Shown piece after piece: positions 36,330 through 46,826 of a DNA stretch of 64,000 nt. Source of the stretch: Marsupella aquatica (Eukaryota; Plantae; Marchantiophyta); assembly GCA_973895155.1 (NCBI GenBank), contig OZ316892.1, positions 3,785,223-3,849,222 on the forward strand, read 5' to 3'. Within the stretch, counting starts at the first letter, position 1, and each line of letters begins with the position of its first letter. The notes beneath the pieces were generated by a model, which worked only from the letters and a program-made list of their open reading frames with translations, was not told the origin of the DNA and did no database searches. A program made the position numbers and the translations under genes.

Positions 36330-38259
36330 ACGATCATTGTGAGGTTGTTACTTAGGCATGGCATTCATGATTCAGAAAAATAACACAGTACAACAAACTT
36401 AAACCTTTTATGCAAGGCAAACTTACCTTGTAAATTGGACTTGCTATTTGTCCCGCCTCAGGCCGTTTTGGAAAACCAAAATCAGCGTACTGATTTCTTG
36501 CATGCTCCACAGTATCAATGAATGGAGATTTATAATCAGAAATCTTGTTCATCTCATTTGAGCTACTAGAGAACTCCAGCAAGATCTTTTTTGGTGTAGC
36601 TCCACTAAAAATGCGAGATGAACGTACTTGCAATTTATTTGCAAGCTCTCGAAGATCAGGTTGTTTTTTGGCATGCTCACAGATTCTTTGAGCGGCAAGT
36701 GCAGAGTGTTGTCCACTTATAGCAAAGAACTTTAACCTTGGCATCAATTTCTGAAATTGAGTCATGTCATCTTTTGCAAAACTCATTGGTTTCAAGGTCT
36801 GAGGGTTGTAGGGAACTAAATCAGCAGGATGAGGTTGCTGCTCGGGATGCAAGATCATCCCAGTCATTATCTCATCAACATGAGAAAGTTTAATTTTCCT
36901 ATAACACATGGTAGCAGGAGGTTGCGTGATATTCTTCACCGGAATCCCAAAATGTGTTCTAATTCCAAAAGGATAGTAATCTTTCACCTCTTGCAAAATC
37001 TTGTTAGATTTTTCAATCTCTTTGGCTCCAGGTAACTCACTCTCTTCATTGTCACCCACTTCTCGTAAGATTAGTGCTCCTTGTTGCACAAGATCAACAA
37101 CTGTATCCCTATTGCTATCTGGTTGCTTCCCCCAATGACTTCTTTCTTGTTGATGGCTTTCTCTTTGGTTGCACAATTGTTGGCTTGCTCTGTACATTGC
37201 CTCCTATTTGAAGTACAATGGGCTCAATCCTTTCACTTTGTTGTGCAAAAATCTCTTCCACGTTGTCCTCTTCTTGTGGCTGTTTTCTCTTCCTCTGCAC
37301 ATTTTGTGCCTTGGTGGTTGGCGGTCGTCTCTTTGGCTGAGAAACTACAAGCTTGGTAGCTTGTTTCTTCTTTTGTTGGACAATTCCAGGAATGCTTTGA
37401 ATTTGAGGCTCTACACTATCAAGCTTCTCACTTTGTTGTGGAGATGCTTCTCTACTGGGATCAATGATTGGTACCGCTTCTTCGTCAGCCTTGGCCCCTT
37501 CATATTCTGACATATCTACTCCCAAGTCATCTTCTAAAGACTTTGGCACTTCCTTCACCTTGTTTGCAACCAAAGTTTGCAAGTCAATCCAGTTGGAGAG
37601 TGTTTCTTTTCCAAATTTCTTATGGAAAAGAACAGCTGGATCAATATCAATGTTGGTTAGTCCACTTGTCTCAATGCACTGCTCCATCTGCAATGTCCTA
37701 CACAAGAAATGCTTCTTTCTTTTCAGCAAATGTAAGACTCGAGCATAACCAGATGCAATCTCCTGGTGTGAAAGTTGTCCTTGATCTGAACTACCTTTGA
37801 AACTAAAGTCCAAAGGAAAGAATGCCAAAGAAATAACATTGGCTGGCATATCATCAATCCAAGTTGTATTCAACCGCACTCCATATGTATTTGCATCAAG
37901 CAAGTATTGATACCATTTTTTTTCCGTGTAATTCTCTACAAGAACAGTTACTTGATCCTCAGAATGCATTTGCAAGTATGCAATTGGACCAACAATGTGC
38001 TGTCGCAATCGGTGTGGATCTTTTTTTATGTCAATCAAACACAACTGAACTTCTCCATCGTAAGGGTACATATCAATTGCCCACTCTTCTCCAATGTCAT
38101 AGCTGTATGTTAAACATACATCATTATCACAAATTTTTGGTGCAGATACTGGGTCCAAATCATGGTAATCATCTGCACAATAAACAAGTGAAGTCCATTA
38201 ATTAAATGAACAGATCCAATTCTTGAGAATAAACTAGGTGGAATGATGCAGAAATGAGC

Positions 38260-38872
38260 AAACCTCACGATAATCGTGAGGTTTTGACAAGCAAAATAGA
38301 ACTTGACAATTTCTATGGAAGCATAAAAATGATAAAATATGAGCTCAACCCTTGAACAAAACCATGCAAATAAATATGAAATGAAACAACAATTGTGAGG
38401 TTTGCTGCCAACAAAAATATTCTTGACACTCTCCCTGACCTCTCACCAAACCATGAAAATATGGCTAAACTTCACAATGATAGTGAGCTTTTCCAAGCAA
38501 AAATATCCTTGAACCTATTGCCAAACCATTAAAAAAGACCCTAATCCTCACAAATATCTGAAGGTGATCCACAGAAAAAAGATGTTACTATTCTCTATCC
38601 ATGCATGAAAATTTGAAACCTTGATCATCACCATTGTGAGGTTGAAAAGAAAAAATGTCCTTCACCCTCTCATGAAGCCATGAAATGATGACCCTTCACC
38701 TCACGATGATCATGAGGTTAGGCAAGTAGAAATGACTTTCCTCATCTTAGTTAGTCAAGCAAGAAAATGTAGAAACCTCACGATGATCATGAGGTTAACA
38801 AGTAAAAAAAATTGAAATTCTAACTTTAATCAAGCATTAGAATAGTCAAACCTCACGACAATCGTGAGGTTA
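38260..38872. repeat. Array of about 8 copies of palindrome AAACCTCACGATNATCGTGAGGTTT, mostly about 75 bp apart
   Basis: Copies at about 38260, 38384, 38467, 38543, 38616, 38696, 38773, 38848. Confidence 0.85.
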
Positions 38873-39111
38873 ACAAGCAAAAAACATGAGAATGTCAAAG
38901 AATACATGCCAAAATAACAGAAGTAGCAAGGTTGGAAAATGAAAAGTACCTGGAAGCCCAACATGTGCTTGCTTTGTCATCATTACCAGATCCTTCTTGG
39001 GCTTAGCCATGCCAAAGCCGTGCGCCTATCAAAGAATCTTAAAAGATTCTTTGCAGATACTCTAAACTTGCTTGTTCTGGTACACCAAAACTCAATCAAA
39101 GTTTATAATTT

Positions 39112-39312
39112 AGCAACTCAAACCCTAAACAATACAATGCAACTCAATCTCCTCAGAGCATACTCTGATAATAAGCGCACATGCCTATTGAACCAGTCAC
39201 AAAACTCATCATTTCTAATGTAGCAGCTCAAACCCTAAACAATACAATGCAACTCAATCTCCTCAGAGCATACTCTGATAATAAGCGCGCATGCGTATTG
39301 AACCGGTCATGA
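39112..39312. repeat. 110-bp-period tandem duplication upstream of the cargo gene start
   Basis: ctcaaaccctaaacaatacaatgcaactcaatctcctcagagcatactctgataataagcgc occurs twice. Confidence 0.85.
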
Positions 39313-39806
39313 AACTTATCAAATACAAATGAGAAAGCGCATTGAGCCGGTAAGGAGACTCATGACACCCATTAGTTCACGTTCAATTGAGAAAGAAGAT
39401 AATAAGATAACAACCCAAGATAAGATAAGGACAATGAGATACGCACCTCCTTCACCAGTCATACGTACAGTAGAGGGATTGTCTGGCCTGAGCAAGGCAC
39501 ATGTAGCTACCAACAATACAGAAAACACTAATGAATAGGCACCTCTAGTACAACAGAAATCTACTCCACTATTCCACATAAACATTGACTGTCGGTACCT
39601 TGGTGATTGTGCAGACAGTTATGACAGAGGTACTGTAGCTAACTTGAATAGTCCTCCCTCACATACTATGTACACAATTCTGAGGAATGAGTGCAGAGAA
39701 TTTTGAGTTTAAATAGATATGTGAGCATGAACAAGGAGAAGTCTTGCGGCTGATCCCTCACAAGGGCCTGCCAACAGTACTAGGGCGTGCCAGCAGTAGC
39801 GCCTGC

Positions 39807-40015
39807 CAGCCTTTCACCTTCCACTAAAAATACCCTGCATGCGCTCTTGCTACGGCTGTCCTCACAGCCTTTCACCTTCCACTAAAAACGCCCTGCATGC
39901 GCTCTTGCTACGGATGTCCTCACACTACGAATCATCCTCTTCTTGGCAGCTAGGGCCTCAACAAACGAGTTTTCAGGGCCTCAACAAACGAGTTTTCAGG
40001 GCCTCAACAAACGAC
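39807..40015. repeat. Short tandem repeats (58-bp x2; 22-bp x3) in the divergent intergenic region
   Basis: cagcctttcaccttccactaaaaa x2; agggcctcaacaaacgagttttc x3. Confidence 0.8.
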
Positions 40016-40200
40016 AGAGTTTTCTTTGGTGAAGTACCCCCGATAACTTCCCAATCGAGCTTCCGCCAACTCTAGCCGCCTTCTCCTCTTCACACGGAGC
40101 TGACACTTAGTAAGTCACATGACACCTTATACGGCATGCATCTATATATGGCTAATTATTTGGTACCAATTATATATTTGGTACCAAATCCTAACAACTC

Positions 40201-40497
40201 CTCGGGGGTCTCACTACATGGGGACCTCCCCATCACCTGCGACGTTTTTAGGCCTTGAACCCCCTAAAATGTAAGAAAAAAATATTATTTTTTAACCCCT
40301 AGAAAGTTGGAATATTCTTGGAATATTCCAAAAATTGGATTAAAAAGGCCCTAATATTCTTATAAGTCTCAAAATTGAATTTAAAAGACCCTATTGTTCT
40401 TCTACAAAAATTCTTAAGTCTTCCCTTACAACCAATAAAATGACCCTATCCTTCGTCGCACGTGATATGCCATTTTTGTGGAAGTGAAACCCCCGAG
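40201..40497. mobile_element. MITE (CTCGGGGG-ended family), copy 2
   Basis: TIR ctcgggggtctcact / agtgaaacccccgag; perfect 8-bp TSD AACAACTC at 40193-40200 and 40498-40505. Confidence 0.88.
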
Positions 40498-42493
40498 AAC
40501 AACTCTAATGTAACTGTGTCAAATTTACATTCGTCTTTGGCCAAAAATTTTAATCCATATTTTGGGGCCTCTAAAAAAATATTGAGAGATTTACACTTGA
40601 CCATGGCAAAAAAAGGCCAACTCCAACTACTCCACTAAAATCAAGTAATGTCCAAGAAGTTGGTGAAATTGGTGAGGTCAATGGGCCAACAAGCGTTGCT
40701 AAAAGGAGAAAAAGTACTAAGAAACGGATGACGGCTTGTTATTGCAAGAGAACAAGCCAAAATACTTAGCCACAAGGAAAACCTGAAAATTTTCAAATTT
40801 CAACAACACAAAAAAATTCTGACTACAAGGTTCCTCATCGTGCAAATACACTAGGCTGTACAATAATGGAGGAAAAATCGCAAAATGTCCCTCAGTCATC
40901 ATATTTTAAAAAATTAATGTGTTGAGCAAATGTCGTTTACTTGGAGTCTATTAATGCGAGCTAGTTGGCGAATCCCTCCAAAACTGGGCCAATGAGTGGA
41001 AAATTAAAAAAACAGAATGAATAGTAAGGATTTTTGAAACTCCCGTTTGATTCCATGTAAATACAGAGCTCTACAGTATACAGGAGGACAAATCCAGTAT
41101 GCAAAAGCAAAAGGTCTGTCGTCATTCTTTAAATATTAAAAATGTGCTAAGCAACTTTGTTTTTTCTTCATTCTTATTGATGAAAGCTGACAATTCCCTC
41201 CAAACCTGGGGCCAATGAGTCTTCGCCAATAAACTCAAACTCAGCAACATTAGTCAATCCATCTCACGCTGATCCATTGCTCTCAAAGATATATTTGCAA
41301 ACCCTGCCCAACACTTCCACATGTTCATTTTACTTCAGTTTCAGAGTTGTTTATTTTTCTTTTCTGCTACTCACACTTTTGCATTCTCTGTTTGTGCCCA
41401 CTCTTCTACAACTATTTTCTGAGGGAAGTCTAAGCATTTTCCTTCATTTAACCAATGAAAAGACCCTCCTCCTACTCCAACTCTCTTAGATCATGGTGGA
41501 CAATGCTGACTCTGCAGTTGAGTTTGAACTGACGTTTGATGAACATTTGGGCGTCTTCTAATTGATGAGGACGCATGGTGGCACTCTTATACTCTATCTT
41601 CACCACATGCGGCAAAGACATTTATGATTCTGAATTTTGGGTATGTTTCTTTTACTTTGTTTAAGTCGTTTGTGAGTCTTTAGCTTTATTTTTGTCTTGT
41701 GCACTAAAAGTAACTAATTATGACCATCAATTTGCATACTTGGCCAAGCTCAATATGACATAGGTCTACATATGTTTTGTTTTGTTCATTGAGATATAGA
41801 GGCATAAATTGTCATCCTCAAGATCATCTTGAGGTTGTAAGTTTTCCTGTGTGTGTCCATCATTCATATGGAAGTTACATGGACTAAACTATTAATATCA
41901 ACATTAAGAGAAAATAGTGAATGGATCATTTTTTAATGGGTTGTAAGAGTTGATTTCTCTCAACCTCATGAGATTTTTCCCAATACAAGCCTTTAAGTCC
42001 ATAGGTACTTCATTTTTATTCTCATTCATTTATTCATACTTCAGTCTTCTTGAAGCAAGAAATGAAACCTCACGACAATCGTGAAGTTCTACTGTACTTT
42101 ATTTTATGACCAATAATTCTCATTCTTTTGGGTTAAATTGAATCTCTTAGTAGGTCTTGTGAATGTATTCCGGCAAACATATTGTAGTCTAACATTCTGT
42201 CAGTCCACATCCGTGTAATTACTTGCGGACCTTCTAGACCACTATTATTTCTAACATTATTGCCTTATACCTACATAATGGACTTTTTAATGCAAAGTTG
42301 ACCCAACTATGCATGTTAAGCACTTGCATGGGACCATATTAAGTTTAACCACAAAAACTAGGTTTAGTGCCTGGATGAATTTCACTTTAGTATCCAAGTA
42401 GCCTGAAACCTCACGATGATATTGAGGTTTCTTCTGGACCCTGACAACCTGTCATCTTCAACTGATCTTGAGTAATTTTCTTAACAATTTTTT

Positions 42494-45400
42494 ATGCAGA
42501 TCATGACTACAACTCGGAGTGCCAATTTTTTGTTCTCCCAAGGGTCTGAAGTACTTCTTCATCTTGAGAATATATTGGTTGCAAGGGGGGTTGTGTTCAA
42601 GACCAATCCAGAAGACACTTGTCATTCTGAGGCATTGGGTAACAACCGCATGAGTGTTCTGGTGGTTGAAATCTTTGAGCCAACAAAACCTCTTCCTTAC
42701 CCAAATCCAGGAGCTGACACCACTGGGGAGGCTTTGCGTTCATATGTTATATGGGACTGTGCTAGTGCCATTTTGGCAAATGAGAACATCCCATTGCAGG
42801 TCCAAAAAGCATCCAATGATACTCCCAACCTTGTGAGACTTGAAGGAACTGATGATTCAAGAATTGTTGGAAACCAAGTCCCCAATTCCAACAATGAACC
42901 GGTTGCACCATTTTGTTCAGGAGATGATGTGCTATTGCAACTTACAAGCATTGTTGTTGCACGGGGAGAAGTTTCTAATACTCAACCAGAGGATACTTGT
43001 GGTGACATATTATTGGGACCAGGGCGTATTAGTGTCCATGTGGTTGAAGCACTTCATGGGGTGACTCAATTGCCATACCCCAACACTAACATAAAGACAA
43101 TTGAGCAGTCTGTAGGTAGTGTTGTTCTTTGGGATATAGTCAATGTATATCATGTTGGTGAGCAATTCAGTGGGTGTGAATCGATTGAGATTCAAAATGG
43201 CGGACTCAGTCAAGGACCACATGACAACTACAATTTGAATGATCGTTCCAAGTGGTACTTAAAAGATGTGGAGATTTATGCTGTTGATCAGGTGACATTG
43301 CTTGCAAGAGGATCAATCACAGCATGGCAACCCACAGCAGCAATAAACAATGAAGTGCTTGGTGATGGTCATGTTGGGGTGCTAGTTGAACGTGTGATTT
43401 GCAATATCCACATGCAACAGAAGGAATTTCCCACATTTTTAGTGGGAACCCCGTGCTTGGTAAAATGGCCGATTGCAACTTTGAAATTCTATCCTTCTGA
43501 CAAGTTTCTTGGAGATCTTCTGTCAGAACTTGAGGATGAACAGACTGTACATAAAGAGGGGGATAATGATGAGGATGATTTGTTCTCTTCTATGGAGTAC
43601 CAGCAAAAGAAAAGGCATTATTCCATGGGCGGGTTGAGAAAACCAGCCAACCCAAATGCACGCCAAGAAAAAAGAGTGGAGCAGAGAAGAAGTGTGAAGG
43701 TGGATGAGAACAAAATAGCTCAAGTGGGCATGAAGAAGTGCAAGTGTGGAATGGAATGTTGTCGGAACTTCCCCCGCACAGACATTGAAGAGGTCAAAAC
43801 TGAGTTCTATGGTTTGGACAGTGATAACAAAATCAGTCATATGATGAATGTTTTTGAAATGAGGGAGAGATCTATGGTTGAGCAAGGACAAATGGTTGTC
43901 AAAGGTCGCATTATTTGCAAAATGGCATTTGCAATTATATTTGGAATTTCTACAAGCACCTTCTACAACTATGAGAATCTATACAAGGGTGGTTGTAAAG
44001 TGGGGTTTCATGGCAATAAGGGCACCAAAAAACCAAGGATGACAACACAAGAGTTTCGTGCTCATCTTGACCGTGTAGTGAATACCCTTGGCGAGCCTAT
44101 GCCACATCTCAGATACACAGGGAAGAAGGGAACATCAAACATCATCTACAGATTACCATCTTGCTATAACAAAGATGCTATCTATGATGAGGTAGTTGAG
44201 AGCATGAAGGTGGAAGGGAGTTAGGGAATTACCATTGGGTCTTTCTATAAGATGTGGAGGGAGAACTATGCAAATTTTTCATTCCATGTGAAGAGTGCTT
44301 TTGCAAAGTGCACTCAATGCACCACTTTGAAGGAGTTGTTGATGAAGGAGAGAAGAACTGAAGTTCGCAAGCGGTACGAAGCAGCAAGGGAAAAACACAT
44401 GCAAGAACAAATGTCTCGTCGAAACCTTTACTATGCAGCTCGGGTGATGGCAAGAAGAAATCCAGAAGATCTTCTTTGCATTATTCATGATAAGATGGAT
44501 CAAAACAAGACCCAAATTCCTAAAATGGTTGATACACTAAAAAGCATGGCTAGTGGATGTCAACCACTACCAATGGCTTTGACTGGGATGTTGACACATG
44601 GTCGGGAACCTGGAGTCTTTGCCCACTTTAGTTTGACAGGGATGTGGCCATCTGATCCGGATTTTACTATTACCTCCGTTGCAAAGTGCCTGCATGATTT
44701 GGAAGCATATTCGGGGGATAAAAGTGGAGATCTTGGAGTTCATTCCCATCAGGCAACAAACCCCTTATTCAAGGCATTATTGGAAAAGCAAGCTTTTCAA
44801 ATTGGATATCTAGATGCCAACAATGTCACAACTGATCGATATCGTGGGGAACTTGTGGACAAGGATTGTGTCTCACCAATTGTGGCAAGCGGATTGGCAG
44901 AATGTCAGAGTAGTAGCACTACACTGTTCAAGAAATTGCCAAGACATCTACACTTACAAATGGACAACTCTGCAAAGGACAACAAGAATTGGGCCATGAT
45001 GGCATTCTGTAGTGAGTTGGTTCTGAGGGGACACTTTGAGAGTATTGTCATGTCTTTCCTTATGGTTGGGCATACACATGAGGATGTTGATGCAGTATTC
45101 TCTAGGGTAAGCACTCGACTTAAGCATCGTGAGGTCACAACCCTACTTTCACTTATGGCAGAGGTATGGGAAAGCGAAGCAATTCACCCAGTGCCCACAT
45201 TGATCCAAGAAGTGGCTAGCTACAAGTCTTATGTTAGTGCTTTTGTGAAGACTATTGCAGGGCACTCTGCACCAATGGCATTCCTATTTACAATGAAAAA
45301 TAATGTCCCTGTGTACCAAGTCAAGGAGAATATCAATGACTCATGGTCACCACCCCAAGGACGATGCATATGGGTTGAAGATGGAAGTAAAACACTTGTC

Positions 45401-46216
45401 CTTCCAATTGGAGAACCACTTGCCAAAACCCCAACTACACTTGTTCAGAAAGCCAAAGATGTTTCAGCCTACATCAAAAACTATATAGAGTGGATAGAGA
45501 AAACATGGAAGGATAAGACCTCACAGGGATATAAGGAAAGGTTTCCTTTAGTGCAATATTGGAAGACAGTTACTGAGCTTTTGCAAAAGCCCCTTTTGGA
45601 GATAGTGGATATTGAAGAGCAGCCGCTGGTGGATGGGTTTTGGCCTCGAACGAAACATGGTACAGGCTATAAAAGTGATCTTGGATCATTTGATGTGACG
45701 GGTTGGGAGAATCCTCCAGATATTGTTATCCTTCAACGTGAGGCTGATGAGGAAATTCTTGAAGGTCAAACAATATTTGTGGGTCCTCTTTCTGAAAGGG
45801 AAAGCAATCGGTTTGTTCCTCTCGAAGATATTGAAGCAGGCATTTTCATCATTATTCGTCCAACACAAGAATTTGAGGATAACAAGCCAGGATGCTTCTG
45901 GATGGGAAGAGCATTGAGCAAAGTTCAAATGGACCCTGAACTACCAAATTGTGGAGATTTTCTGTTGCAATGGTGGAGACCCAAAAGCACCAAAAAGGAT
46001 AGATCATTGTATGATCGATATGAAGGATGTTTGAAGAAGCAAAAACTTTGGGAATGTGATATTTTGCAGAAAGAAGAATGGTGTAACGCAACAGCAGCCA
46101 TGCACTTTTGGACATATCAAGGGAATAAAGCTGAACAAGGCATTCGAATCCCCAAAAAGAAACTGGAGGAAATCAAAGTTTATTTAGCAAGGATAGATAT
46201 AGAAGAGCAAAGGTAG
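42494..46216 (+). pseudogene. Sola-like DDD transposase (about 1240 codons) with one in-frame TAG at 44222-44224; probable upstream exon near 41493-41640
   Basis: ORFs 42494 and 44252 share a frame; CKC..CC, ICKMAF..IFGIS, HGNKG, KCTQC...H, IIHDKMDQ, LHLQMDNSAKDNKN, FLMVGHTHEDVDAVFS; splice acceptor at 42499. Confidence 0.75.
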
Positions 46217-46826
46217 ATATTGAGAGTGATATCATTTGTTTAGTAGGATTATATAGATTCAGTTAGTTGTTAAGTCTATACTATCAAAAGTATAAGGATG
46301 ACTTATTTTTTAGGTTGGTAATCTACTCTTATGTTTTGCCTGCTTGGCACTGAGTCTAAAATTGATTAGGCAAGGTAATTAGGGTACTTATGTCATTTCA
46401 ATTTTGGATTTTATTTATTTAAAATAATATGAAATATATATTACGTTTGTTAATGACTTCTCTTTGTGTGGTATTGAGGCTTTGTGCCCCCCCCCCCCCT
46501 TTCCCCCAAAAAAATTGACTTCACTTTAGAATGTCTTGGATGATACAAGGTTCATGGATTGTAAATACTTCTAGGTATTTTGACTTTGATATATTCATAA
46601 ACAAATATTACAAATCATGAAAAAAATTCAAAAATGTGTGTCAAGAAATTCCAAAAATTGGGTATTTAAATTCCAATTTTGGTTTTATAATATTCTAAAT
46701 AGAGATAAGCAATATTCCAAAGCATTGATAATTTTCCACTTTTAATGAATTGGTTGATTAAGTAACATGTACCCCCAAAATTATCTATATTTTTTACTAG
46801 GTTTCCCCCACACCTGCCCCCTTAAA

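Larger units (their letters stand above)
13644..39010 (-). pseudogene. Multi-exon gene: N-terminal unknown region, ParB/Srx-like domain, beta-class N6/N4 DNA methyltransferase-like domain, acidic linker, FCP1-like HAD domain, Cys-rich tail; split by the CACTA element
   Basis: Exons 39010-38950, 38172-36427, 34377-33405, 33252-32528, about 32431-32284, about 32037-31850, about 31736-30896 joined to 13893-13644; the first four splice junctions are in phase with GT-AG; motifs FAISGQHSALAA, NPDCKP...IIHKFSARGATIFDFFSGGS...AFELGREC, KLLIFDLSGL...RPQIHEFL...IGIWS...TVLIDD; lesions: frameshift near 37130, stops near 32300 and at 31042. Confidence 0.75.
13644..46216. mobile_element. Putative large DNA transposon (Sola-like transposase plus divergent cargo gene); true termini not located
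   Basis: Head-to-head gene pair, both decayed, sharing an intronic palindromic motif that was not seen elsewhere in the window; no TIR/TSD identified by eye. Confidence 0.55.

Noticed and set aside
38260-38872. CRISPR-like array of palindromic repeats
   Set aside because: Repeats are degenerate, intervening sequences resemble one another, the array lies in a spliceosomal intron, and no cas genes are present
44222-44224. Programmed stop read-through in the transposase
   Set aside because: Other genes of the unit carry several stops and frameshifts, so mutational decay is the simpler explanation
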